A stretch of 64,000 nt of DNA. Origin: an uncultured delta proteobacterium. GTDB taxonomy: Bacteria; Desulfobacterota; Binatia; Binatales; Binataceae. The DNA is taken from contig CAVRVY010000003.1 of assembly GCA_963724765.1 (NCBI GenBank), positions 32,001-96,000 on the forward strand, in the 5' to 3' direction. A program made the position numbers and the translations under genes. The stretch's first letter is position 1. Every line of letters starts with the position of its first letter. The notes below the pieces were generated by a model that was given only the letters and a program-made list of their open reading frames with translations, did not search any database and was not told the DNA's origin. Below, piece by piece: positions 52,640 through 63,412 of this stretch.

Positions 52640-53568
52640 TCGGCGCGGACCCGAGTGTCGGTACGCGATACCCTGTGCCCTCTAAAAACTTGATCCGCGC
52701 GGATTTATTGGTGATTTCGATCGCCTGGACGATAGCCTGCTTTCATGGCGATGGCGAACAGCGGGGCAGTCCTGATCGCGCGAAGCGAACTCCCAACCCT
52801 ACCGCGCTGCTGTTGGAAGCGATCGCCGTACTGCCGATCAACAGCCTAGAGCAAATTAACTCCCACATATCGACGCTGTTGAGAATCGACTTTCTCAAGG
52901 AGCTTAGGAATGCCGCTCTGAAGTCTTCAATATGGGCGCCGGTCGAATGACACTGGTTTTCCCTCTCCCATCGGCAATGATGCCGTCCAGGTTTACGGTG
53001 GGGCTAAACGGCTCTTCGAGTTACGCCACATCTATGCTCACGAGGTTCCCCACAAGTGCGATGCAGAAGATTAACAGCAGAGTCCGCTGCTTCAACCTGC
53101 CGGAGCAGAAATCGGTCAAGTGCGAAATAGCAGTAGGCATGCGATTCAGCGGAGCATGTCAAAGGAGCGGCGACTCCACGACGCGGCAATGACAATTCTC
53201 CGATCCTCTAATAAGTGTGAAGTTGCGCGATACGGTAATTTCGCTCATTTCTCCGGATGCTGCGGGAAATTGAAGGACTGACTGGCGACGGGGGAGATTT
53301 GAACCCCCGAACGACCTTGTGTCGTCCCCAATAGTAAGATGCCCCCAGTTTGCAGCACGGTTTGGCGGTGGGCTATGGGTATGCTGACTTGGAGCGTCAA
53401 AACGGGAATTCCGGTCAGCAGGAGGGGTAGAACGATGCGCATAGAGTCAAAGGGAAATGGTTGTGCTCCGCAAAATTATTCGGTCGGCGGCCAAGGACAC
53501 GCATTGCGAAGGCTTTTGCGTCCGGTAGGGTCTGGGCCAGAACACCGGGCAATCGTGCCCTGGCTGTT

Positions 53569-53997
53569 CTACTTCTCCAGTCGGCGGTGTGAAGTCGCCT
53601 CATCGTCAACCCAGTCCTCCTCCGTGTAGGTCATTGCACGGCGGCGGCCGGGAACCTTGCGCGCCGGTCCGGCTTGGTAGAGCGGGCAAGCACGAGGACC
53701 GTAACAGAAGGTCTCGGTTCGGTAGTGGCGCCGACTCGGATTCCACTGATCAATAATCATCTCGACCGGCATCCGGCATCCCCAGATGCAGCTCAAGCAC
53801 TTCTCCTGGAAGGTTTGCGCGGCGAGTCGCCGATGACCGCGCTCGCGGTAGACCGCCAGCGGCGGTGGCACACCGCGCCACGGAGGTGGCGGGGCCTCGT
53901 CCTCAGCCTCAGGTAGTCCAACTTTCAACTTGCTGACCTGGTAGAATTCAACCGTCTCCAACCGCGGATCCGCAACTGGCAGCGCATCACCGGACAC
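53569..53997 (-). pseudogene. Cys-rich hypothetical protein, probably 5'-truncated
   Basis: CLSCIWGC, ETFCYGP.ACP motifs; abuts the recombinase fragment. Confidence 0.5.
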
Positions 53998-54002
53998 TGC
54001 GC

Positions 54003-54273
54003 GGCACTATTGAAAGCCGTCGCCCGGGCGCGGCAATGGTCTGAAGACCTGCTGATGGGCAGAGCAAAGTCAGTTGCAAAGATCGCTGAACGCGAAGGGG
54101 TCTCAGACCGCTACGTCAGACGACTAACGCGGCTGGCATTCCTGGCACCGGAGATTGTCGAGGCGATAGTTGCTGGTAACCAACCGCCCGAGCTCACCGC
54201 CGAGGCCTTGGCCGAACGGATCGATCTTCCTCTTCTTTGGACCGCGCAAGAACAAGCCGTGGGAATCGCATAG
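54003..54273 (+). pseudogene. C-terminal tip of a large serine recombinase of the DUF2924-associated type
   Basis: LLKAVARARQW...IAEREGVSDRYVRRLTRLAFLAPEIVEAIVAG.QP......LPLLW..Q. Confidence 0.75.
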
Positions 54274-54504
54274 TTCCTCTTAAGTTCGATCACTTCCGCA
54301 CCATCCTGGCCGAGCACGTCGGCGAATCGGATCCTGTCGTGCGTCGGGCGTGGATGGAACCGCCTCACTTGCCAACAGAGATTTTGGCCGCGTCTTGCGC
54401 GCGAACCAGCCAAAGGTGGTCTTCTCCGGTGCCGCCAAATCTGCAAATGACGCCGCAATCGCGCGCTATTTCGGCGGCTTGAAGGGAGTGTCCTCAGAGA
54501 TAAG

Positions 54505-54893
54505 GACTCGTTGGCGGACCGAAGTGAATTCGAACTGCCGGTACCGCTTTCTAAACTGCCTGACGACGTCATCATGTTAAGCTTTGCGACATCGAGACGA
54601 GTTGTGAAGCGCTCCCACCCAGGACCGCATTTGTGACGCGCTGTAGGTTTGTTGTTGAAGCGAACGGTGCCAAAGTGGATTACCCTCAGCGGCAGAATCA
54701 GTCGCGGTGTTGCTCATGCCGCACGAACAAAACGCTTCCCTTGAACGTCGCGACAGTAACGCCAGACCGGCACGGAGTTCCGGACCATGAGGGCAACTCA
54801 TCTCAGCGTCGCAAATTATAACACGACGCTGTCGTCTGACAGTTTAGAAAGCGGTACCGGCAGTTCGAATTCACTTCGCTCCGCCAACGAGTC
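54505..54893. repeat. Inverted pair of tRNA-3'-end-like repeats (copy C 54505-54604 +, copy D 54791-54893 -)
   Basis: GGACTCGTTGGCGGA.CGAAGTGAATTCGAACTGCCGGTACCGCTTTCTAAACTG occurs on both strands, facing inward. Confidence 0.9.
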
Positions 54894-54936
54894 CTCGTCT
54901 CTAGCCGAGCGTGACCGTATGCCTCGAGATCGAATG

Positions 54937-55611
54937 CTACGGGAAGAAATTCCCGGCCAGGAGCAACGATATTAGCTCCGTCACACCCCTTCCGTTAGCC
55001 GAAGCCATCACCAAGTCACATCTATCTTTCACCGCTGGCAAGGCGTTGCTGACAGCGACCGAACATTCACATAGTTCGAGAAAGGCGTGGTCGTTTTCTG
55101 CATCGCCAATTCCGATGGCGTTGTGCGGCGATAGTTGCATCTTGTGCAGTGCTGCGGCGAGGCCCGAGCCCTTGTTTACACCTGCTGGCAGCACCATTAC
55201 CGAACCTTTGTTAAAGATGATGTTAAGTTCGAGTCCGAAATCCCGAATCGCGGTGAGAACTTTGTGCTTTTGCGGTAGCGAGGTCGCAACTATGACCTCG
55301 CCAGTCGAGAGAGGAAAAACCTTGCGAGCGCGGAGTTCATCAATGAAGCGGGCAGGAGGGGCTTCGGCCAGGGGAATGATTTCTCTTGTTGCCGGCTTGT
55401 AGAGGACTGCGCCGTTTTCGGCAACAACGTAATCGAAAAGATCGAGCACGTTACACGCGACTATCAAGTCGGAAATGATACGGCCCGTTACTAGCACGAG
55501 TTTGCGCCCTGACTCCCTGATGCGGCGCAACGCCCTAGCAGTGCTATCCGCGACGGAGCCGTCTGTAGCGATGGTGCCGTCGTAATCAAGCGCGAGCACT
55601 GCGAAATGCAT
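54937..55611 (-). CDS. HAD-IIB (Cof-type) hydrolase
   Basis: LALDYDGT, VTGR, AENGA, GVNKG, IGDAEND. Confidence 0.9.
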   Translation of the reverse strand: MHFAVLALDYDGTIATDGSVADSTARALRRIRESGRKLVLVTGRIISDLIVACNVLDLFDYVVAENGAVLYKPATREIIPLAEAPPARFIDELRARKVFPLSTGEVIVATSLPQKHKVLTAIRDFGLELNIIFNKGSVMVLPAGVNKGSGLAAALHKMQLSPHNAIGIGDAENDHAFLELCECSVAVSNALPAVKDRCDLVMASANGRGVTELISLLLAGNFFP

Positions 55612-56038
55612 AGGGAACGGAGCAATCATAAGTGGCGGGGATATCGACAATCGCATACTAACACTGTCAGACGGCTGTAGTTCTGCGAATCACGGGCCAA
55701 TCCCAAACCGCCCAATTCGCCCAGTCGCGATCATCCAGCTTCGGGAGAAGCGGACTTGTTCTAAACAGCTGAAGTAACTGGGGATATATATCGCCTTCCG
55801 AACGCGATGCTTTTCCGGTATGCGCGCTTCGTTCGCGGCAGAAGGCAGTGAGCCGTCGTAGTACAGGGTGAACCTCACAACTCCCACCGGATAATTTGAA
55901 GTTTGACGGTCCAACGGTTGCCACAGTAAACGGCCTTTTCAGGGACCGCTGGCCGCCCTTTCCTTTTACCCGCCGCTCTAGGGAAGATTATAATCGCCAT
56001 GTTTGTCGAAGACACCGACCGTGAAGAGGGATCTAAAA

Positions 56039-56317
56039 ATGCCAGACGAACAAGTTCTAGCCTGGTTGAAAGCGAAGGCACGTGCGACCGACGCGGAAGA
56101 ACAGCTCTCGGATATGTTGGACAAGGCCGAGAGAATGTTGAGGTCGCTTAGGGATCAGCCCTCGACCCCTTTTGATCCGAATAGCTGGCCGGAAGGCTCC
56201 GCAGTCGCGGCCGCCCTGCAGGAATGCCGCGAGGCACAACGCGCGTTCGAGCAGGCCAACGCTGCACTCAGCCCAGCGGACCGCAAGTTGCTGAAGTCGG
56301 TTCCCGCCGATTTCTGA
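56039..56317 (+). CDS. Hypothetical helical protein
   Basis: Compact ORF with GAGGGA upstream; no known motif. Confidence 0.4.
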   Translation: MPDEQVLAWLKAKARATDAEEQLSDMLDKAERMLRSLRDQPSTPFDPNSWPEGSAVAAALQECREAQRAFEQANAALSPADRKLLKSVPADF

Positions 56318-57029
56318 TGCCATTCTTCCTTTTCCCGAAGGCTCAAAGGCGATCCCGCCCTCAGCACGCATGGCCGCCGAGATTCAATTGCTCGCGTGCG
56401 GGTATTCGGCACAGTGCTCCGTCCGCTGCTGCCGCGCCCGAGCTACTCTCGACCCGCCATCGATACCGAAGGAAAAATTCGGAACCGCCAGCTGTATAGG
56501 GTTGAAAAAGCCTTTATTTTTCTAGATGGTCCTCAAAGAAAGGCCAGGACCTCAGAACTCGAGGTACCAGAGGCGGGCTCTTAGTCCCGAGGGCAGAAAG
56601 CGGATATCAGAGGCGATGAAGAGGCGCTGGGCAGGGCACAGAAGAAAGCTTCCCGATAGACCGAGCAGGCTTCCTAAAGGTGAGGAGACACGCACATGTC
56701 CGCGAAAGGAGCGAAGTCATCCGATTCGTCCAAGAAGCCATCGATCTCCGCAAAGATACGCTGCATTCTCACCCCCCAAGGGCAGAGAAACCAGATCAAA
56801 AAAGGCAAGAGTGGGCGGAGGCTTCAGGAAATCGATATTCGAATCAAGGCCGAGGACGTTGATCTCTTCGATGTCGATGAAGATGGGAAACTATCGTTCA
56901 TGCTCGCTCTCGCACCACTCGACGACTTACCCGAAAAGAGCGAGGTCATCCGACTCGTCCAAGAAGCCATAGAAAAAAAGAAGAGTGCGACGGCGCTGCA
57001 AGAGCAAGAAGACGAGTAGCGAATCGAGT

Positions 57030-57215
57030 AAGGCCGCCAGCCAGCCGCCTTCAACAAAGCTTTGACCTTTTCATCCAGATCTTGTGCGATTTTCAAAGCT
57101 TTAGGACTTCCGTACGGAGCAAGAGCGCTCGCCATCGTGTCGTAAGACGGGCGCACTCCGTCCGACCGCTCATCAATTAAGATCGTAACTGGCGCATACG
57201 AGCCCGCGTCCTGGC
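57030..57215 (-). pseudogene. DUF302-like C-terminal fragment
   Basis: DAGSYAPVTILIDERSDGV..SYDTMASALAPYG...ALKIAQDLDEKV. Confidence 0.6.
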
Positions 57216-57474
57216 ACGTGCTCCACCATCTGCACGCCGGCGGGACTGAACAAACCGCAAGACGAGCGCGGGCTTGGTGTGGTACTGCAACGCCCGATGG
57301 TCGAGTTCGTGACCGACTTGCGACTTGACAGAGAAGCCAAGGAACAAACACCGAGGGCATCCGCAAGCCCGAACTCCGCTTGGCGACTTGAATCGTTGCG
57401 CATATGATCGCGAGCTAAGGGCGGATGTAAGCTCTCCACGGAAGGGGTCGAAGTAAAGAGAAAGAGGCTTGGTG

Positions 57475-57720
57475 ATGGCTACGGACAAAACTACGAAAGG
57501 CAGACGGGCGCGCAAGCCCGTGATGGACGGAGCGGTTGCCCGTCCGGTGGCGCACAACGGTACGCCAGTGGCTGTTGCGAACGGTTCGCGAACTGTCGAA
57601 CAGATTCAGCGGCGGGCCTACGAACTATTTTTGGCGCGCGGCGGCGTCCACGGCAACAACTGGATCGACTGGTTCACCGCCGAGAGAGAATTGATCGGAT
57701 CGCATCTGCGGACGGAATAA
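57475..57720 (+). CDS. DUF2934-domain small protein
   Basis: EQIQRRAYELFLARG..HG....DWFTAEREL; AAGAGG RBS. Confidence 0.85.
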   Translation: MATDKTTKGRRARKPVMDGAVARPVAHNGTPVAVANGSRTVEQIQRRAYELFLARGGVHGNNWIDWFTAERELIGSHLRTE

Positions 57721-57799
57721 TTCGCGTAGGCGACTTGCAATAGCCGCAGGCTCCGCGCCGTGCAGAACCGATAGACAGGCTTCAGGGCCCGGCCGAGGT

Positions 57800-58140
57800 T
57801 CCTCGATGCACGCCATCTGGCGCAACCCGACGGGTGGATCTCGCGCAGTGCTGTTTCAGCGCCTCGATTCGCGAGAACGTGCTCTACGGTCGCCCCGGCG
57901 CTTCCGAGGCTCTGGCACGCGCTCGAGAATGCCAATATCAGCGACTTTGTCGCGTCGACTCCCGCTCGACACGATGATTGGCGAGGGCGGGCTCAAGCCG
58001 GCGAGCGCCAGCGCCTCGCGCTTGCACGCGTGTTTTTGAAGAACCCGCCCGTGCTGATCCTCGACGAAGCTAAGTCAGGGCTGGACTCCGAGGTCGAGAA
58101 CCTTATCCACGACGCGGTCCGCCGCTTGATGCGTGGCCCT
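57800..58140 (+). pseudogene. ABC transporter ATPase fragment with frameshifts
   Basis: [11 protein letters not shown] / [32 protein letters not shown]. Confidence 0.75.
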
Positions 58141-58661
58141 GCCCGCCATCGCTCGACCGGCTGAGGCTGTTATGGCTGCATTTGCCGACATCACCTCTCT
58201 TCTGTCGCCCACCTGCCGCGTGCGTCGGGGTCAGCGACACCAAAATTAGCCTTGCAAAGCTAACGTCATCCTTGTCGATGCGATGTTTTCAGCGTAATTT
58301 CGAAGCGCGTCATCCAAACGGACGGCAGGCAGTCAGCAAAAGCGAGCCGCAGCTGGAGCGCCCGCCATGTGGACGCGCGTTGCACTTCCGCGCTGACCTA
58401 CGCACCGCACGACGGGCAGAGCGCCTCAAGCCTTGTCCCGCATCTGCTTGCGAAACCACCACCAGCGCCAGAGCAAGATCTAAAGCAGCCGATCCCAACG
58501 ATGAAGCACGGGCGACGAGTTCGGCCGCGCTCCAGCACGGCGATTTGGTTGGCGCAGCTCGAAACAAAACCGGCTAGAACCTTGCAGAGGAAGGCCGTTC
58601 GGTTTATACGGCGAGTTGGAATCAGAGAATCGAAACGGAAATCTCGGTCAAGGAGACTCTT

Positions 58662-59111
58662 ATGATCAGCGAAACGCTTCTGAGAGCGCTTCAAGAGAGG
58701 ATGCGTAAGCTGTCGGAGGCCAGCTCGGGGCATGCGGTGCATGACGCCGAACTTAGGGCGGCCGTAGAGCGCGCAAGGTTGACCGATGCGAGCGAGGCAG
58801 CCCGGGAAGCCGCGGCTGTCAGCGACTGTGAAAGACTACTGGACGAAATAAAGGAACTGCGTGATCACATCAACAACCTTAGCCGCAGCCGAGAAGATCC
58901 CGTCCTTGTATCTGGCCTGAAGGAAGAATTGACCGAATTGGAAACTAGACGGCTTGAAAGCGACCAGCAGCTCGAACGACTACGAGCCCACCGCCACGAA
59001 ACTCTCGAAAACGCCATTAGGGAACTCGAATCCGCGGAGCAGGAACACAGGCACATCGCGGACCAGGCGATGAGGCTACGAGAACATATTGAAAAACTTT
59101 CGCACGGCTGA
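58662..59111 (+). CDS. Coiled-coil hypothetical protein
   Basis: AAGGAG RBS; E/L/R-rich heptads. Confidence 0.6.
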   Translation: MISETLLRALQERMRKLSEASSGHAVHDAELRAAVERARLTDASEAAREAAAVSDCERLLDEIKELRDHINNLSRSREDPVLVSGLKEELTELETRRLESDQQLERLRAHRHETLENAIRELESAEQEHRHIADQAMRLREHIEKLSHG

Positions 59112-59334
59112 GTGACGGGCAGCGCGGACCCGCTCAGGCCGGTTTCCCCCGGCGACGATAAAGCCTGGGTCGGTGGCCGTTTGATTCCAAACGTGGCGAA
59201 CGAAGCGAACCGGAGAAAGCCGAAGCGGAGCTAATAACAGGCGAACAAATTCTCTTGAGCACGGATGCATTTTTGTCGAGCCAAATAGTGCGCCAAACTC
59301 GGGCCGAATTCCACCCGTATAGAATTTCGCGGCG

Positions 59335-59418
59335 CCGGGGGGTTCGAATCCCCCTCGCTCCGCCAGCGAGTCCTCGATGTTGAGAAAATCCGCCTAACGT
59401 CTGCCAAATCCGCGCGTA
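59335..59418 (-). repeat. tRNA-3'-end-like site with a subterminal segment shared with 42608-42666
   Basis: GGGGGTTCGAATCCCCCTCGCTCCGCCA followed by GCGAGTCCTCGATG.TGAGAAA.TCCGC...CGTCTGCCAAATCCGCGCG. Confidence 0.8.
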
Positions 59419-60005
59419 CTTCACCTGACAGGTCCGTGCATCGAATTGTTCACGCCGTCCTGGGATCAACGGCCGCATCCCATTCTGCATTATACTTCAA
59501 GAACCTGGGCGCACCCTGAACGTCGCAAATCACGAACGGATCGCGGATAAGCGACACGGTACGGAATCCTGTCTCGAAACCAAGGCATGACACGGCCAAC
59601 AGTCCGCCAAGCACGTTGACTTAGTATTTCGTGGGCCAAGTTTACCCCCCGAGCGCTCTGACCGCCCCTGGAATTAGCGAGAAGATTCCTGCCGGCCGTC
59701 TGCTAGATCGCAGACATGAAGCGCTGCCGCGCCGCTTCGTTCGTATTGGTTCTCTGCGAGACAGTTCCGTTTTGACAGGAAGTAGTGTTTTCTGACAGGT
59801 TGCGATCAAGGCTTCACGTTGACTCCCCCCTCGGCACGAAGTGTCAACACTGGAGTGAAAGTACATCAGCGCGCCAGAGCAAAAGTCCATCATTTGGATA
59901 AGCCGATGGCAGGTAGGTTGACGTCTGGCAGGGGGAGCGCGAGGGGGATCACCCCCTCGCTACTGTGTCGAAAAGATCTAGCTTTGTGGGTTGGAGTTAG
60001 TGGTG

Positions 60006-60782
60006 TTAGCCGGATTCTCGCGGTTGATCGTCACTGATGCGGCGCTTGCTGTGTTTGAGCCTGAAGCTGTCACCGTTCATCTCGAGGATGTGAACGTGGT
60101 GGGTAAGACGATCAAGCAGTGCGCCGGTTAAGCGCTCGGAGCCGAACACGCTGGTCCACTCATCGAACGGCAGATTGCTGGTAACGATGATCGAGCCGCG
60201 CTCGTAGCGCTGGCTGAAGACTTCGAACAGTAACTCTGCACCAGTTGGGGAGAGCGGGACGTAGCCGAGTTCATCCACGATCAGAAGCTTGTAGCCGGCG
60301 AGTTGACGTTGGAGGCGCAGCAGACGCTTCTCATCATGCGCTTCATGCAGCTCGTTGACCAAAGCGGCAGCGGTGGTGAAGCCGACCGCGAGACCCTTCT
60401 GGCAGGCGGCCAGACCTAGCCCGAGAGCCACATGAGTCTTGCCGGTGCCACTGTTGCCGACCGCGATGATGTTCTCGCGGCGCGCGATATACTCCGAGCG
60501 GGCCAGTTCCAGCACTAGCGTCTTGTTGAGCGAGGGGAGCGCTGCGAATTCGAAGCTATCGAGACTTTTGACCGCCGGGAACCTGGCTTCCTTGATTCGC
60601 CGCTCGATGGTCCGGCGTTCCCGTTCGATCATCTCCAGCTCGGCCAGGCGCAACAGGTAGCGAGGATAGTCGACATCCTCGCCGGCGCATTGGCGCGCCA
60701 ACTTGTCATACTCGCGCAAAAAGGTGGGCAATCTGAGTGTTTTCAAGTAATGGGTGAGCAGAACCTGGGGCGTATCGCTCAT
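60006..60782 (-). CDS. istB: IS21 helper ATPase
   Basis: GNSGTGKTH, LIVDELGY, RYERGS, TSNLPF, ALLDRLTHH; ATGA overlap with istA. Confidence 0.95.
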   Translation of the reverse strand: MSDTPQVLLTHYLKTLRLPTFLREYDKLARQCAGEDVDYPRYLLRLAELEMIERERRTIERRIKEARFPAVKSLDSFEFAALPSLNKTLVLELARSEYIARRENIIAVGNSGTGKTHVALGLGLAACQKGLAVGFTTAAALVNELHEAHDEKRLLRLQRQLAGYKLLIVDELGYVPLSPTGAELLFEVFSQRYERGSIIVTSNLPFDEWTSVFGSERLTGALLDRLTHHVHILEMNGDSFRLKHSKRRISDDQPRESG

Positions 60783-62290
60783 GAACCTGCTCCCGCCATC
60801 AGGCTCAGGTAGGATCGGGCCGAGGTGGTGCTCACAGTCGCCTGTGGCAGATAGGGATAGATCTTCAGGTCGAGTCGCGGTGGGCGCCGTTCGATGCGGC
60901 ACAGCACGAGATGCTTGACCGCGTCGAAGCTAATCACTCCGCGATCGATCGCTTCTCGAACTCCTGCGACCACGTCTTCGAGACCGAACACCTCGAGCAA
61001 GCGCAGGACCTGAACGAACTCCCGCTTACCGGGCTTGCGCAGGCGCGCTTCGAGCAGCCGGCGCAGCGTTGCGAACTCTTCAGGTAGTTCCCAGCCGACC
61101 AGCGGCGCGGCCTGGTCCAGCGCGCCGATCTTCCGCTCCAGCAGGGCCAGGTAGTGCAGTGGGTTGAACACGAAGTCCTCGCGCTCGTAGGAACGAGCGT
61201 GCCGGGCGATCTCCTCGGTTGCACAGGCGATCACAACTTCGTGGACGTAACCTCGGACCAGCACCTCGCGGTGACCGTATGCGCTTGGCACTGAGTAGTC
61301 GTTGCCGCGGTAGCGCACCAGCGACAACGAGCTGACCCAGGCGGGCCTCTTTTCGCACGCATCATAGGGTGCGGGCGGCAGCGGCAGGAGAGCCTCACGG
61401 TCCTTCACCAGCCGCTCGCCGATGGTGTCATCATGACCACGTAGCCGATCCTTCAAACGACGGCGGCAGCACTCCAGCAACTGCTCATTTAGCTCAGCGA
61501 AGCTGAGTGCGCGCGGGATCGGCACCATGAAGTTGCGCCGCGCATAGCCGACCAACCCCTCGACCTTGCCCTTATCGTTACCCTTGCCCGGCCGCCCGAA
61601 GCGATCGGCGAACAGAGAGTGGGACTGCAGCTCACTGAAGACCTTGGTGCGCTTACGGGTGCCATCTCCGAGTATGCGCGCCACCGCCAGCTTGGTGTTG
61701 TCGTAGAGGATCGAACGCGGCACTCCGCCAAAGAACTCGAAGCTGACGTTGTGACCTTCGCAGAAGGCCTCGGTGCTCTCCGCCGGATAGGCCTGCACCA
61801 AACAAGCATCGCTGTGCGGCAAGTCCATCGCGAAGAAGTGGATCTTGCACTCCTCACCTGCGATTACCGCGAGCGCTTCACCGAAGTCGACTTGCGCGTG
61901 TCCAGGATCATGGTGCAGTGGCACGAACATCTCGCGCAGCCGCTGGCGATGCTCGTGTACGTAAGCCCTTACGATCGAGATCCCGCCGTCATACCCATGC
62001 TCATCGCGCAGCCGCTCGAAAATCCGTTTCGCCGTGTGCTGCTGCTTGGCTGGGCGTAACTTATCTTCTTCCAAGATCCGGTCGATAATCCCGACAAACG
62101 GATCCAGCTTGGGCCGCGCCGGCGGCCGGCTCCGTCGATAACCAGGCGGCACCGAGAACGCCAGCATCTTCGCCACCGTCCGCGGGTCGATCCCAAAGCG
62201 CCGTGCTGCTTCCCGCCGACTCAGCCCCTCCACGTAAACCGCTCGTCGAACCTGCGCGTATAGTTCCACCCGCTTCATCCCTCCGCCCAC
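60779..62290 (-). CDS. istA: IS21 transposase
   Basis: HTH, AQVDFG, LYDN, KGKVEG, NDYSVP. Confidence 0.95.
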   Translation of the reverse strand: MGGGMKRVELYAQVRRAVYVEGLSRREAARRFGIDPRTVAKMLAFSVPPGYRRSRPPARPKLDPFVGIIDRILEEDKLRPAKQQHTAKRIFERLRDEHGYDGGISIVRAYVHEHRQRLREMFVPLHHDPGHAQVDFGEALAVIAGEECKIHFFAMDLPHSDACLVQAYPAESTEAFCEGHNVSFEFFGGVPRSILYDNTKLAVARILGDGTRKRTKVFSELQSHSLFADRFGRPGKGNDKGKVEGLVGYARRNFMVPIPRALSFAELNEQLLECCRRRLKDRLRGHDDTIGERLVKDREALLPLPPAPYDACEKRPAWVSSLSLVRYRGNDYSVPSAYGHREVLVRGYVHEVVIACATEEIARHARSYEREDFVFNPLHYLALLERKIGALDQAAPLVGWELPEEFATLRRLLEARLRKPGKREFVQVLRLLEVFGLEDVVAGVREAIDRGVISFDAVKHLVLCRIERRPPRLDLKIYPYLPQATVSTTSARSYLSLMAGAGS

Positions 62291-62429
62291 CTCTGCCGTT
62301 CCACGGCAAATGGGCTATTGCTGCCGGATTTTTACTCCGGTGCAACCGGTCTATCCGGCTGCTTCAGTGAGGGATTTTCTCTCTGGCGCTCTCAGCCATC
62401 CACTTTGAAGAACGTTTCCTGCTAACGGA

Positions 62430-62644
62430 CTGAATAATGCGACCAGCGTCGAACCATAATTGCACTAGCCTTCGCGCCGGCTCGCCCTCAAGGGTTCGCG
62501 CGCGGTGCGCGCCGGCTCACGCCGCCCTTGACCGCGCCCGCCGCTCCGGCTCGCGGGCAGTTATGCAGTCGCGAGGGGCGACTGCTGCGTTAAGCAGCAG
62601 CCATTCACTACTAACTGCTCACACACGAAATTCCTGACAGCTCC
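62430..62644. mobile_element. Solo IS256-like terminal segment
   Basis: Ends ACACGAAATTCCTGACAGCTCC (rc GGAGCTGTCAGGAATTTCGTGT), resembling IS256-type TIRs. Confidence 0.5.
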
Positions 62645-63412
62645 CGAGCCGCAGTTATCACCTCGGGAGCTTGCGGTCTCCTTCGTCGACCAGCAGCGCT
62701 ACTTTGTCTCGGAATCATCGGTCTATCGGCTCCTGAAGGCGCATGACCTGACCACCAGTCCCGCCTTCATCCTGATGAAGGCGGCCGACACCTTCGCCCA
62801 TCCAACCACCGCACCCAATCAACTCTGGCAAACCGACTTTACCTACCTGCGGGTGATCGGCTGGGGCTGGTTCTATCTGTCGACCGTGCTCGATGACTTC
62901 TCGCGCTACATCCTGGCCTGGAAGCTGTGCACCACCATGACCGCCACCGATGTTTCCGACACCCTGACGATGGCCCTGCGCCGTTCGGGGTTGGAGCGCG
63001 TCCGGGTTCGGCATCGACCGCGCCTGCTGAGCGACAACGGGCCGTCCTACCTCTCCGCCCAGCTCGGTTCCTGGCTCGCGGAGCACGGCATGACGCACCC
63101 CCGCGGCAAGCCTTATCACCCGATGACCCAGGGCAAGATCGAGCGCTACTACCGCTCCATGAAGAACCAGATCCTGCTCGAGAACTACTATCTGCCTGGC
63201 CAGCTCGAACGGCGCCTGGCCGAGTTCGTCGATTACTACAACCTGCGGCGCTACCACGAAAGTCTTAACAACCTGACCCCGGCCGATGTCTACTTCGGGC
63301 GTGATCGAACCATCCTGACCCGGAGGGAAAACATCAAGCTCAAAACCATCGAGCTACGACGCCGGCTGCACCACCAGACTGCAGCCACAACTTCAACTCA
63401 GATGGGCCAAAC
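62645..63412 (+). mobile_element. IS3-family orfB fragment (integrase core), same type as the orfA at 5986
   Basis: LSPRELAV, VSESSVYRLLK, PNQLWQTDFTY, LDDFSRYI, LSDNG, HPMTQGKIER, YN..RYHESL. Both ends truncated. Confidence 0.88.

Larger units (their letters stand above)
59842..62394 (-). mobile_element. Full-length IS21-family element
   Basis: Ends TGAGAGCGCCAGAGAGAAAAT and TGTCAACACTGGAGTGAAAGT with internal repeats; contains istA and istB. Confidence 0.9.

Noticed and set aside
24725-54893. Dispersed ~100-bp repeats as a CRISPR array
   Set aside because: Copies are kilobases apart, in both orientations, with no regular spacers and no cas genes.
59335-59365. Possible tRNA gene (GGTTCGAATCCC...CCA)
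   Set aside because: Only the T-arm and 3' acceptor strand are visible, with no matching 5' strand, D-arm or anticodon arm. Treated as an att-like repeat; the same applies at 53283.
59835-62401. Target-site duplication around IS21
   Set aside because: Flanks (CACGAAG versus GCCATCC) do not match.
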